A DNA stretch of 63,873 nt, filler included, from Rhizaria sp. SCN 62-66 (GCA_001724265.1; 3 parts of 3 records of this genome joined end to end with filler, not necessarily neighbours in it), one strand, 5' to 3'; positions 12,401 to 25,563 are shown, counted from the whole stretch's first letter. The notes: generated by a model not told the origin, from the sequence alone. A program made the numbers and translations.

Positions 12401-15400
12401 CGCCAGCGGCTGCTGCGCCCGCAAGCGGCGACGTGGATAACGACGGCATGCAGGTGACCGTGATGCCCGACGGGCGCGTGGTCAAGCAGCGGCCCTCGAT
12501 CGTGCAGACCATTCGCGCGGGTGGCAGCTACGTGTCCGGCCTGCTCTCGCCCACCGCGCCCGCGACGGGCTCCGCCGCGCCCACGCCCCTCGTCGGCGCT
12601 AACCCGAACCCCAGTGGCAGCAGCAGCGGCGGCAGCGCTATGCTTGCACTGCCCAGCTCAAGCGCGAACACAGGCTCGACCGCCAACGCGAACCCTAATT
12701 CTAGCTCAAGTTCTAGTTCTAACACTGGCGCTGCTTACGGCGCTGGTTCGAGCTCGAGCGGCAGCCTCGCGTTGGCCGCCAGCGCGCGCACGACTCGCGC
12801 CGCGTCGATCAGCGTGGGCATGACACCTCAGACGCCGCGGATGCTGGCCGCGTCGCGGGGCTCCTTCTCCGCAGCCAACACCGCGGGCGCAGGTGCGGGG
12901 GCGGGGCCCGGCAGCGCGGGGTACAACAAGTACCGTGCGGCCGCGATGTCGCTCGAGGTCAAGCAGCAGTCGCTGGCCAACGACATCGACGACGCTACCA
13001 GGCAGCAGCAGCAACAGCAGAAGCCGCAATTCGGCGTCAGTACGTTCAACAAAATATTCGGTAACAAATGAATTGATTACAACATCATGGTATCTAAGAC
13101 GAATCTAAAACTATAATCTAATATTTTACTTTGTACTCATTCTTTGTTCATTTGTTCAATTTTTGCTGTTTTTCTCCACTCAGACGGATTCGACCCCACG
13201 TCCGCGATTGCGCAGGCGCTGGCGAACAAGCTGCACCCGTCGGGCACGCTGACATACAACTCGCTCGAGGTCGCGGCGTGCGAGTCGGCCGCGGCGGAGA
13301 TCTACGCGCGCATCGCGGCGCTGGCGCCCGAGGCGCAGGCGACGGGCCACCACGCGGGTCGACTCAACGAGCTGCTCGCCACCGCCCACTCCAAGGCGGC
13401 GCAGGCGGCGGACCTGGAGCGGCGGCAGCTCTCGGAGCTGGACCAGCTACGCGAGTACCACAAGCGGCTCCTGGCGGCCGCGGACCGCGCCAAGGAGGCC
13501 GAGCGCGCGGCGCGGCTGCAGTGGGTCGCGCACAACGCTGACGCTGTCGCCGCCGCCGCTCGCGCGATGGCGCTGCCGGAGGGCGCGCTGCCGCCGGGAG
13601 TCGGACTGGGCGCCGACGGTGCGCAGGTCGCGCTGCCGCCCTCGCTCGCCGACCCCAGACTGGTTGTGCCGTACCATCTGCAGCCGCAGGGCGCGGGGGG
13701 TAATGCTGGCGCTGGTACGGGCACCGGGGTTACCTCTGGGATGCACAGTCGCAACCCGTCGCTCGGTGGCAGCAACTCGCTGTTTAACCCTAATAACATG
13801 AATGGCGGTATGACCCCCGGTGTGAACAGAAATGGCGACGCCAACGTCAATGCTCCCGCTGCCGCTGCGGTGCTGCCTGGAGGGTTCTCATACCCGTATC
13901 CCCCCATGAACAATCACGCTGCTGCTGCTGCCCCTGTTGTGCCCGCCCTCGTGCCGGGCTCCGTGCTTGTGCTGGGGCCGGACGGCGCTCTGAGGGCCAA
14001 CGGGGCCGCCGTGCCTCCGCAAGCGCTCGCCGCGCTCCTGGCGCAGACGCTCTCCGCGGCCACCAACACCAACACCAGCCCCAACAGCAACAACGCGGCT
14101 CTCGCGGGCCAGATGGTCGCCGTGAGCAGACAGGGTACGCGCCATACGTCCCCCGTTGCGCCCATGCACGGGGCCGCGTTCAGCGGCGCCGGCGGACTGA
14201 CGGCGGGGCCTCGGTCGTCCCCGAATCAGCAGGGGCCGTTCGCGGCTCAGTTCCAGCCGCAGTCGTTGCAGCCCGCCGCGATCGCCGTCATCGACGACAA
14301 CATCGTTGCCAACACTCGCGAGCCGCCGCCGCAGTCGCCTGCGATGACGATGAATGCCGCCGGGGCGAATGCTGCGGGCCTCTCGGTGCATTCGCTGGGC
14401 CTTGTTGTTTCTGACGCGAATAACAACAACAATATGAACATGAAAAATAACCAGCAAAGCGAGGTCTTCGGATCCGGAGGCTACGATCCCAACGCTGCCG
14501 CCGGCGCCGGCGTGACCGGTGCGCCTATGCACAACTACGGCCGCCCGGCCGAGGTGCTGAACGACTCCATCAGCGATCTGACCGACGGCGAGTCGCTCTC
14601 CGGCTCGGTTTCAGCCTCGGCAGCCTCGCTCTTTGCCCTCCCACCCCCGCGACCCTTCGCAGCCGACAACACCGAGCAGCAGCAGCAGCAGCAGCAGCCG
14701 AGGCCTGAGAGCAGCATCGACCTGGAGCGTGTTCCGCAGACGTCCCCCGCCGCCTACTACCAGCACCAGCGCGGCCCGCTCTCTCAGCATCAACAAAAGC
14801 AGCAGCAACAACAACAGAAGGAGTTCAGCGGCGGCAGCAGCCATGGTAGTCCGTTTGCGCCACTCTCGTCCGGCAGCAACGCCAAGCGCAGCAGCGCTAT
14901 CTTTACCTTCGGACTGCCGGAGTCGCATGGCGAGGCTGCTCTCCATGCGCCGGCGCAGGCGCAGGCGCAACAGCACGGTACTGGTGTGCCGGCTGCTGCG
15001 AACAGCGCTCAACAGCAGCAGCAGCAGCAGCAGCAGCAACGGCAGACAGGTCCCAGTAGTGATGAAGAGCCGTGGGTTGAGAAGGGCGGTCACGCGCACT
15101 CTGCTCACGGTCGCCCTGCTGGTCACGGCCACGCCTACGATGGCCCAGAACGTCATGGCAGCAACGGCCTCGGTCTGCCGAACGACTCGCCCTCCGCTGC
15201 GGCCGCCAGTCGTCACTTGAGCAGCGGACAGCAGCAGCGAGGCGACAAGAGGGGCAATGGTTCCCGCCCTGTGTCAGCCTCGTCGTCGGTGTCGTCCTTA
15301 GGGGCGGACCGCGGTAGCCGCCACAACGGCGACAACGCCCAGGGTCGGAACAGCCAGCGCCCTCAGCAGCGCGGCTACGATAATGACTCTGGCGATAACG

Positions 15401-18183
15401 GCGCTCACGAGTACGACGGCAACACGCGCACGCCACATCAGCTCCACAGTCGCGGCCAGGGCCAGGGCCAAGGCCAGGGCGCGGCGGGCAAGCGGGGCGG
15501 CGACAGCAGCGGCACGCGCAGCCGCACGCGCACCCCCGGCAGCATCGCCGCCTCGCTGTACAACGACTCGGACTTCGGCGCCAAGCGGTACATCAACGAC
15601 GCTCGTCAGGGTCATAATGCCAAGGGCGCTGGTTATGACGGCGATGATAATGATATTGATCAAGGTGGCGACTACGATGATAACGCCAACAATGCACACG
15701 ATGCGTATAAGCACGCGCGTGGCCGTGAGCGTCAAGCGTACGCGACGGTTGACGAGGACGCGCTGCTCCACTCTGCCTTTGAAATCGTTGACGACGACAA
15801 GAATAACCAGGAGAGCGACAACATGCACGACATGTACAACGATGATCGCCGTAGTTACCTCAACAACGAACGCACCCGCCCCCCGTCTGCCTCCGACTCT
15901 CGCCGTAACGGCGGCGCGCGGCAGCACCAGCCTTCTCGTCCTTGCAATCGCAACGGCAATCAATACCAGCAGCCCCAACAGCAGCAGTCGCAGCAGCAGC
16001 GGCTGGAGCCCCGCTCCGCGGACCTGTCGCGTCCTCCGTCGTCCTTCGGCCAGCGGTACAACAGCTACGAGCACACCGCCCACGACGACAACGACACTCG
16101 TGACCGTGATCGTAATCGCGACCGTGGCCGCGACTATGACCGCGAGCGCGACAGCGAGAACGACCGCTTCAGCGTTGCGCCGAGTGTCGAGCGGCCCGAG
16201 TCGGCCGCCCGCCGCCGCGCTGAGGTCACAGCGCGCGGCGCGTACGAGCCCGTGCCGCCGCGCCGCGCCGCCGCGGGGAACTTTGGCGTCGCGCCGCCGC
16301 AGCGCGGGTGGGCCGTTCTTCCGCCCTCCGGCTACCCGCACTACGCCCAACAGCAGCAATACCAGCAGCAACAGCCCTATTCACAGCAGCAGTATCCGCA
16401 ACAGCAGCAGCAGCGTCGGCTTCTCCCCGCGTCGGTTTCCGCCCCGCCGCCCCCGCAGCACGCGCCGCTGATGCGCGGCCCGCCCCTGGCCGTACTGCCC
16501 TCCGGTGCCGCGGCCCAGCTCGCCGCCGCGCGCGCCGCTCTTGCCGCGGCACAGCTCTCGCAGTCGCACGCCGCCGTTGTCGCCGGCGGCGCCGCGGCCG
16601 AGGCGGCGCTGCTGCAGGCGGCGCACGCCACGCGGCAGCGGCGCGGCACGGCGCAGGCGGCCGCGCTGGCCACGGCGGTCGGCGCGCGCGAGGCCGAGGC
16701 GCTGCGGCGCGGCCAGGGAGCTAAGGCGGCCGCCGTCGTGTGCCGCCACGGCGGCTACATGCAGTGGCTCATCGGCGGCGACGGCGCCGCGCTTGTCTCG
16801 GCGCTCGTGCCGCAGCAGGCGCAGCCGCACCCGCAGCAGCAGCAACAGCAGCGCCCTGTGATGCCGCAACAGCACATGCAGCAGCAGCAGCAGTCTCAGC
16901 AGTATCAGCAGCATGGCCCTGCAAGCCGAGACTATGACCGTGACCGCGACCGTGACAGCGCCTATGCTTGCGACGGCGACCGCGGCCACGATCGCGACTA
17001 CAGCCGTGAGCGTGCGCGTGCGCGTGGCTACGAGCGTGGCTATGACCGTGAGCGCAATGATACCGGTGACCGTTATAATCGTGTTGATAACCACCGTCAC
17101 TACGATCGCAAGGACGCACGCAAGAGCAGCCCCGTTAATGATCGCGACCGCCATTATGACGACGATAACGATGACGAAGGCCGCGATAACTGCGATGACA
17201 ATGACTATAATCGCGTTCGCTCTCACAATATCAACCGGCGTGATGACCACCCGTCACAGTCTCAATCCCGCGCGCACCATGATGACCGTAATCGCGACTA
17301 TGACCACGACCATGGCCATGAACGTGACCACGACCGCGATCATGACCTTGAGCGGGAGCGGGAGCAGGATCGTGAGTATGGCACTCGCGATGTCAGGCCG
17401 CCGAGACCTAGCCCTCGCACCGTGCTCTCCGAGCAGCGCGCCTCCAACGGCCACATTCACCCTGGCCCTAACGGCGGTGACGATGATGCCGCTGACGACG
17501 TTGTGGACGCCGACGACCGTGACGCCCACACGACTAACGACGACGACGACGCTGCCTCCGCGTTCGTGGACCCCGCAGCGGCGGAATGGGCCGCATTCGA
17601 CCCGTCGCGCCGGCCCACGCGCTCCTCGGCCTCGTCGCCCGCCGCCACGCCCGTGCCGCCGCTCCCGCTCAGCGCGCACTCGCTGGCCCAGTCGCACTTG
17701 AGCTCCAACGCTAGCGTCAGCGCCGGACAGCAGCAGCAGCAGCTGCTGCAGCAACAGAAGCGGCGCCCGACTGCGCCCCCGCCGCGCGCCTCGTCCCCTC
17801 CGTCCAACCCAGCAGGATCTGTGAAGCCGCCGGCTGACAACGAGAAGGGCGTGCTGCCCCCGCCGCGGCCGCCAGTGCCGTCGCGCATCGTCACCGCGAC
17901 TCGCCGTCAACCTCCTTCGCAGCAGCAGCCGCAGCAGCTAGCGCAGGGGCCGCAGCAGCAGGGGCAGCAGCGGGTGGCGTCGGCGGCGGCGGCCGCGGTG
18001 AACAAGAAGTACCGCCGCGAGCGCCAGGCCGCGCTGGCGATGCTGCTCGCGGCCGGCGCCGCTAACTCTGCCTTGCAGCAGCAGCAGCAGCCTGAGGACG
18101 GCGCCGGCGCTGACGTAGATGCTGATGCGGAGGCTGGAATCGGTGGGTGGGACAATGTGGGCGACCAGAGGCTTGTCCGATGA
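9439..18183 (+). CDS. Very large (~2866 aa) protein with an N-terminal B-box zinc finger, a short coiled coil and extensive disordered regions; two exons (9439-13039, 13184-18183)
   Basis: CVLCDHDPAQFHCSVCKQSLCKDCDSDIH...H is a B-box. ORFs 9439-13071 and 13144-18183 are joined in phase 1 by an AT-rich intron GTACGT(13040)...CTCAG(13183). An alternative donor at 13061 is also in phase. TGA stop. Confidence 0.8.
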
Positions 18184-18648
18184 CAACTCCCGCCAAACAA
18201 CTGTGGCAATGTGAAGCAACTGTATCATGAAGGTACGCCACTGATGTGGTACGCCTTTGGAAAATGTAACTTCTAAACTTACTTTAGCTCTTCTTAAAAG
18301 ATCAATACTCTGTGATCGTCGCTTACCTAATGTGATAACAATATCAAGCAATACACTGCAATTAGAATCTCTCTTCAAATGTGGGAATCTATCGATAAAC
18401 AATCTTATTGTATTGAAAAGCTTTGCTCTGCAAAGCGAAAATAAATGAAACTCGGAAAACTATGAATAATGTGACCATTAAGACGTATAGGTACAATACA
18501 GGGTCGCTACGTTGCACTGACTGCCTCACTCACCTGAGCCATAAACCACGTCCATGGCCGTGACCTTGGTGAGCAGCGGAATGTAGTGTACGCAGCGAGA
18601 CCAGTATCAACATAGTGGGCGCGATCGTTGGGTAACAAGCCTCGCCGC

Positions 18649-20573
18649 TCACTGGCGGCCCTGCATGAGCATCTGCAGCGCGGCGTTAGGGTCGCCGCTC
18701 GCGGCGGAGAGCGCCTGGAACGCGGTGTTCTCGTCCACGCCTGCGTGCTGGCTGAGCTGGCACACGAGCTGGACCTGCTCCGGACTCAGCTGCGTCGCCG
18801 CCGCCGTCGCCGCGGCGCCGTAGGCGAGCGCGGGCGGCGCCACGAGCCCGACGCCTGCGACGGCGCCGAAGGGCGGCGTGAGCGTGGCGGGCGCGTGCGT
18901 CGGCAGCACGTTGCCCTCGAACGGGACGGCCTTGGAGGTGATGAATAGCATGTCGTTGTGCGCGCGGACGACCTGGGCGCCACGCTAGTCGGCCGAGACC
19001 TGCAGCATGAACGTGCGGAAAAAGGTCCGGATGAGCCGGTTGGTGGTGTCTAGGAACTCGCCCGACACACGCACCGTGACCACGGGCGCCTCGGGGATCG
19101 GCACGGCGTCGATGGTGAAGGCGTCGATCTCGTGGTACGTGGTGGGCAGCTTGCCCAGCAGGTCACGGATTGCCGCCACGCCCGTGCGCGCGTTGTTGAT
19201 GTTCGGGGGCGAGATAAAGGGCTGCGCGACAATGTTGCGCGCGACGTTGGTATAGACGGCGAGCTTGTTGGCCTGGTTGACGCTGGCATCGCTGGCAAGC
19301 GAGATGGACAGGCTCGCGTCGGCCGCGTACAGCGTGAATAGACTCGGGTTGCGCGTGTCCAGATAGACGAAGAAGTTGCGCACGAACTCCTGCACCAGAT
19401 CGTCGACGTCGGGGCTGATGCACGACCCGGCGGGCTCGGGCACGCGCGCCGCCGCGGACGTCAGAACTGGCGGCAGCGCGAACTGCACCGACGGCACGAA
19501 CGCCTGAGCGGGGAGCAAAAGATAGGAACAAAAAAAAAAGGAAAAGCAAGTTTAGGACACACAAATTGAGTATGTTTCGAGTGGGGGTGCCAATCCAAAT
19601 AATAATATGTTGTCAGGAACAAATATAAATGATGTGTGCGAACACGTGTTCTTCGATTGACAAGGAGCCGTACCTGTCCGTTGAGCACGGTAAGCGAGGG
19701 AAACGACTGCGACATAAAATAGGAGAAAATGCGAAAGTCCATGCGCGTCAGCACGGGGTTCCCGGTCAAATCAAGGACCTCCATCGTGTCGCGGAAGTTG
19801 GACAGCCCCGAGAATGAGTCGATATCGTTGACCTGGTTGTTGGTCAGCGAGAGCCCCTTGACCTGGCTCGTGGCCTGCGTGAGCGGCTTAAGCACGCGCA
19901 GATCGCTGATCTGGTTGTCGCTCAGATCGATGAGGTTGACGTCGGGGCAATTGTTGCCGATGATGTTGCAGAGCGCGCGGACGAAGCCCTGGTTGTTGAA
20001 GTTCGTGTTGGGGTACGACGCGCGCAGCGAGGCCAGGTTGAGGAACTTTTGGTTCGTGTCGTACTTGCTGCCGATGACAGCGTAGAGCTCGGCCTCGAGC
20101 TTCGACGTTGCCTGTCCGCTGTTGTTGGCGCGGTGCAGTACGGCCTGCACGCCGCCGCGGACGTCGCGGTTGATGCTGTCGACGAGCTTGCTCGCGACCT
20201 TGGCGTCGACCTCGATCGTCGCAGTGCCTACGCCGGGCTGAAAGTTGTTCTTCATGATGCTCAAGTTGGGGGACTTCTTGCGGAGGAAAGCGGCGAAGTC
20301 GCGGAACTGCCATTGAGGGTTGAAGTTGGAGCACACGATCGTGGTGGTGGCCGAGTTGTTGTTCTTGAGCTGTGGACCGCGGCCGCCGCGGTTGTTGTTG
20401 TTGTTGTTGTTGTTGTTATTGTTATTGTTGTAGTTAGCATTGTTGTTATTGTTATTGTTGTAGTTGTTGTTGTTATTGTTGTTGAAGTTAGCATTGTTGT
20501 TGTTCGTGTTGCTGCTGTAGCGATTCCCGCCACCCGAGAAGCGATTGCCGCCACCACCGCCGCGATAGGACAT
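18649..20573 (-). CDS. NXF1: Nuclear mRNA export factor NXF1/TAP/Mex67 (RGG/N-rich N-terminus, RRM-like, LRR, NTF2-like, UBA-like C-terminus); exons 20573-19674 and 19503-18649; in-frame TAG at 18987-18985
   Basis: KYDTNQKFLNLASLR followed by LRRs (IDLSDNQISDL, LSLTNNQVNDI, LDLTGNPV). NTF2-like region includes LVQEFVRNFFVYLD, LGKLPTTYHEIDAFTID and RTFFRTFML...HNDMLFI. C-terminal QVQLVCQLSQHAGVDENTAFQALSAASGDPNAALQML resembles TAP-C/UBA. Intron GTACGG...CTCAG. Confidence 0.9.
20390..20505 (-). repeat. (AAC/AAT)n trinucleotide tract encoding poly-Asn in the NXF1 N-terminus
   Basis: Run of gtt/att triplets on the + strand. Confidence 0.85.
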
Positions 20574-21212
20574 CAAGGAAAGACTTGAAACGCAAAGAGC
20601 GTAAACCTGTTAGTACCAAAGTATTGCGGCTGCTAGCTTAGCAATGTATGATCGCGAGTGCGAGAGGGTTGGGCTGAAAATGGCGAGAAAATGGTGGGGA
20701 GATAGGTGAGGAATCGTGGGTCAAGACGTGCTTAGCGCGAATGCAGATAATGGCACCATAGCAACACATCGACAGATTTAATAGACATCTAGTAGAGATA
20801 ACCCATATATGTACGCGATATGAACGCGACATCGCTATAGTACGACGATTAGAGTGCATACCATTGGGGCAAAGTTGCGTCTCAATAAAACCTGCACCGC
20901 GCTGCCTTCGAACATTTTTTTCGGTCCGCGCTGGAGCCACCACAAATCGGTTTTGGCCAATCGAATCATTTTGCACTCGACCACGGTGACTCAAAGCAAG
21001 CATATCTTCATCGTTAAACTGTGCAATGTGGCAGAGCTCTTTTGCTGGAATATTATCGAGTGTCTAGAGTGTGGAATTATTATTGATACACGAATAGATG
21101 CATGTTTGCTGCAAATGTATTCACTTAAAGATTGCATCGGACTCTCAGATAACGTGCTTGTTTTGCTCACTCATATATTATCATATCAACTGGCTCCTCG
21201 TCTAGCCTAGCT

Positions 21213-24200
21213 ATGTCCCACGCTGTCCACAGCTCGTCAGCTACCCGCATTGATCATGATACTATTGGCGAAGTCGCTGTCCCTGCGAACGCGCTTTGGA
21301 GCGCACAGGTCCGTCCATATCCCACCAGATCTAATCTCAATCTCATCTCACCATCCCACCTCTCACCACGACTCTGACTCACGGAAACACAACTCACATT
21401 GGTACCTCGCTCACTCTTCAACTTGCAGACGCAACGGTCCCTCGACAATTTCAAGATCGGCGGCGTCGCCGAGAACATGCCGCTGCCTCTGATCCACTCG
21501 CTCGCCCTCATCAAGGCCGCTGCCGCGCGCGCAAACTACCCCGCGGGCGACGCCGTGGGCTCGGTCATCGAGAAGGCCGCGCTTGAGGTGGCCGCCGGGC
21601 TCCATGACGCGCATTTCCCGCTCAAGATCTGGCAGACTGGCAGCGGCACGCAGACCAACATGAACGGTTCGTCTCATCTCTTTATCTTTTACAAAGCTCT
21701 CTCGATATCACCATCACGAACGACATGATCTCACACGTATGCACTATAAATGATTGTAATGTGATTTCCTTGTTTGGCTTAGTTAACGAGGTGATTGCGA
21801 ACCGTGCGAACCAGCTGCTGGGCCTGCCTTTGGGCCAGTGGAGCAAGGTGCATCCCAACGACCACGTCAACAAGAGCCAGAGCTCCAACGACACCTTCCC
21901 CACCGGTACGCGCCACAATCAACTTGAATAGGACCAGAATGTGTGGGAACTAAGAAAACATTGGTGCGATGTACTATACTTACAATCTGACGTAGCTAGA
22001 GCTCTTTCAGGCTTATCCCTATCTTGTGTGTGTTGTGAACTTTTCTTGTCTCTCTTTAGGGATGCACGTGTGCCTTGCCCTCGCGCTTCGCAACCAGCTC
22101 CTCCCGGCTCTTGCGCGCCTTCGTGCCGTTTTTACCACGCTTTCTGAGCGTCACAAGAATGTCATCAAGATTGGTACGCATCCTACTATCTCGAATCACT
22201 CCTTGTCTTGCGTGAACGGCCACTCCTACTCTCGACTTTTTATGCACGATTGGAGATAGATTTGAACATATTGGGTCTCCTGCTTATTAATGCTGCTGCT
22301 GTCGACTCGCACCTCTCATTTTTGGGTCTGTTATCTTTATCTCAATCACGATGTGTTTTATAACTTAGGCCGCACCCACTTGCAGGACGCCACGCCCCTG
22401 ACCGTCGGCCAGCAGTTCACCTCGTACGCGCACCAGCTTACGCTCTCACTGCGCCGCCTGTGTCCGTTGCTTGCCTGTCCCGAGCCCGTCGCTCTTCCGC
22501 TTAAGGCCGGTGACGGCGTCAACAAGGATGGCGACGATGACACCGTCCCCGCGCCCGCTTTCTCGGTCCCTCGCTACGCCCTCATGCCCGACCCCATCAA
22601 TGCCGGCGCTGACCTGGATAACACGGCCGCCTACAGCGCCAACGGTGGCGGCCAGGCACAGTGGCCCCCGCTACTGGCGCTGGCGCAGGGCGGCACCGCC
22701 GTCGGTACCGGGCTAAACACCGCAAAGGTACGCACATATTCGTGCATATTCTCCGCGAAATTGCTACAATTGTCAGGTCATGCCATCCGCACATGTATTA
22801 TTGATCAACCCGTGTTAATTATTGTTTTTGTTTTATTATGTGATTATACAGGGCTTTGACGTTGCCTTCTGCGACCAGCTCCGAGCCATCGTCAACCACC
22901 ACGACACTACCAACAACTCCAACGCCAACGCCGCCGCATCTGCTGATTGCGACTTCGTGCTGCCGTTCTACCCCGCGGAGAACAAGTTTGCCGCGCTGGC
23001 TTCGCACGACTGCATCGTCGAGCTGTCTGGGCTCGTCACGGCCGCGGCCACGGGCCTCCACAAAATCGCCAACGACCTCCGGTACGAACATTTGACTTAA
23101 ATTACATCCCACATATTGTTTTCAATTACAAGTTGTTGTCAGTACTGTATTATTTTTTAAATATGTACATGGTTTACTTTTCGAGTCGGCCAATTGATCT
23201 AATTTGATCTTGATGATATATCTTTGGTTTCGCAACAATCTTTTAGGTATCTCGCCTCCGGTCCCCGCGCCGGCCTCGGTGAGCTGACCCTGCCCGCCAA
23301 CGAGCCCGGCTCCAGCATCATGCCTGGCAAGGTTAACCCCACGCAATGTGAGGCGCTCACCATGGTGTGCACGCGCGTTGTGGGCAACAACGCGACGGTC
23401 GCGATGGCTGGGGCGTCGGGCCAGTTCGAGCTCAATGTGTACAAGCCGGTGATCGTGGCCACGACGCTGCAGTCGATCCAGCTTCTCGGTACGTCGCGAT
23501 ACAAACATGTGACGATAACAAAACAACATACTACGCCTTGGTGATGCTTTGTCTTGTCTTCTTCATTGATCTGTTTTGCTCTAAGATCCCTGTCAATGCT
23601 GACATGACTTTGTGCACCTCTGCTTTCTCATTGTTCTTTCCAGCTGATGCGACTGAGTCGTTTACCGACAACTGTGCTGTCGGCATTCAGGTCAACGAGG
23701 TTCGTCTCTTCTATCGCAGACTATCAACATCGAACTCCTGACAGCCACAATTTCAATCTACCTGCATAACTCCGACTTCAAGCTGCACCTTACTTATACT
23801 TATATCTCCTGAATTGCAACCTCAATATCCCTGACACTCATGATGCCCTTGTTGGCGCGCCCATCTTTCCCCTGTATTCCCCCGACCCCAGGACCGCATT
23901 GACTCCCTGATGCGCTCGTCCTTAATGCTCGTCACCGCCCTCAACCCGCGCATCGGCTATGAGAACGCCGCGCGCGTGGCCAAGCTCGCCTTCAAGGAGA
24001 ACTGCACCCTCCGCGAGGCTGCGGTCGACAAACTCCAGGTACGACGCACCAAAACACGCCATATGCTCGACATGAACAAGCGTGTCGCTCTGAACAAGCG
24101 GCGACGCTTCGGGCTCGAAACTCTTATTCCTTCTTATTGTATCCTTCATCGTTACCTAACTTCAATTCGTTCTTCTAAATATGACGTTCTGCGCTGTTTT

Positions 24201-24268
24201 CATAGCTTCTGAGCAATGACGAGTTTGACAAGTACGTTGACCCCCGTCAGATGCTCGGTCCCAAGTGA
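21213..24268 (+). CDS. FUM1: Class II fumarate hydratase (fumarase), 10 exons: 21213-21308, 21429-21666, 21783-21905, 22060-22173, 22369-22727, 22852-23081, 23247-23488, 23644-23699, 23892-24038, 24206-24268
   Basis: Spliced motifs [79 protein letters not shown], the signature [15 protein letters not shown], and [18 protein letters not shown]. All nine GT-AG introns keep frame. TGA stop. Confidence 0.95.
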
Positions 24269-25062
24269 GCGAAGCCGTTGTTGCAATGTAAACGCGCAAC
24301 AAATAACACACCAATGAATGAGCAATGACGACTTCAAATGAAGTGAAAGTGCGCATGCGTGACGTTGTTCTTGATCAGTTCTACCAGAGGTTATATGCGA
24401 AATCTTATATGTGGCCAGATGATCATATTATGGCACTGAGATACATGCATTGAGTTTGTATGACAAATGTGCGATGATAACACTGAAACGAGATCCATGT
24501 TTTTATCAACATGAAGAACCTGTAAGAATCAAAAAATCAATCCTTGCAATACACCAACAAAAGAAAACAAAATGCCGTATGACTTCGTAAAACTGCGGTG
24601 GTTTAGTGAAAACAGATCATGTGTATTATCAACTCATATTCAGGCACATTCACAGTCGAATGTAGCACGTTTCAAGTTCTTCAACAAGCAACGGTGCTTA
24701 TTCAGATTGCGCAACAGTGATACTGTGATACAAAAATAGAAGATAAACACAGGGCGCCATGCGCGCTCGCTACATGCGGAGGAGTGAGAGCAAGTTCAGC
24801 CTAGCTGAATGCAACAAAGCAAAACAAACTGACACGTATTCACACACGATGTGCGCATACGTTGTCATCTCGATTCAACTCAGAAGCTCAAACGATTTTC
24901 TCACTCGCACAAACATGTGCAGATGGTACGTGCAAAGCTGGCCCCTGGTCCTATACTCTCCCGTACTCACCCATCCCACGTTCAAAAACACTCAATTTCA
25001 CACGTATGCGCGCATGCGATTACGCCGCGGCTGCGGTGTGTTCATGTTCAGCGCTGCCGCAC

Positions 25063-25348
25063 TCAGTTGTTGGCGGGCATCTGGGGCGGGGTGTCGATGG
25101 CGACAGCCTGGAAGTTGGGCGGGATAACGGGCATGAACTTGGAGTCCTTGGGGCAGAGCGCCTCGACGCCGTCACGCACCACCGACGGCGGGTTCGCGAA
25201 CAGGTTGGGGATCCACGAGCAGACGGGCAGCGCGGGGCACGGCTTGACAATCTGGGGGCCCGAGGCGTCCATGTGCAGGCAGCCGTTCTTCTCCCAGTAG
25301 ATGAGCGCCTTGTCGGCGCGCAGCATCGACTCGAGAATCTCGACGCAA
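25063..25348 (-). CDS. 3' fragment of an unidentified Cys/Pro-containing protein, truncated by the gap
   Basis: Open frame from the gap (CVEILESMLRADKALIYWEKNGCLHMD...PQMPANN, TGA) with coding-type codon bias. Confidence 0.65.
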
Positions 25349-25448
25349 NNNNNNNNNNNNNNNNNNNNNNNNNNNNNNNNNNNNNNNNNNNNTTAATTAA
25401 TTAANNNNNNNNNNNNNNNNNNNNNNNNNNNNNNNNNNNNNNNNNNNN
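25349..25448. other. Artificial contig-joining linker (N44 TTAATTAATTAA N44)
   Basis: Exactly 100 nt, symmetrical, with a 12-mer that has stops in all six frames. An identical copy lies at 51092-51191. Confidence 0.97.
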
Positions 25449-25449
25449 G

Positions 25450-25563
25450 CAGCGCGTGTTCGAGACGCTCATCGGCAAGCAGAAGCAGTTCCAGCTCGCC
25501 ACGCAGCTCGTCCGCATGATCCTCAAGATCGACGACGTCATCCTCAACTCCGACTACGACTAA
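25450..25563 (+). CDS. CCT5: C-terminal fragment of T-complex protein 1 subunit epsilon
   Basis: [37 protein letters not shown] matches the CCT5 C-terminal motif ETLIGKxxQxxLATQxVxMILKIDD. TAA stop. Confidence 0.9.
   Translation, partial: QRVFETLIGKQKQFQLATQLVRMILKIDDVILNSDYD

Noticed and set aside
18985-18999. 15-nt GT...AG segment (GTCTCGGCCGACTAG, minus strand) that would remove the NXF1 TAG as a Stentor-sized micro-intron
   Set aside because: The donor GTCTC does not fit the GTNCG/GTATG pattern of the other 24 introns, which are all over 100 nt and AT-rich. The segment is GC-rich with normal codons, and no equivalent micro-intron explains the other two TAGs. Not fully excluded without cDNA.
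18649-20573. Pyrrolysine or selenocysteine as the explanation for the in-frame stops
   Set aside because: The codons are TAG, not TGA. They fall in non-catalytic positions of unrelated non-methyltransferase proteins, and no pyl genes are present in the window.
25393-25404. TTAATTAATTAA palindrome, present twice
   Set aside because: Centred in exactly 44+44 N, so it is a six-frame-stop assembly linker. Adjacency across it is not biological.
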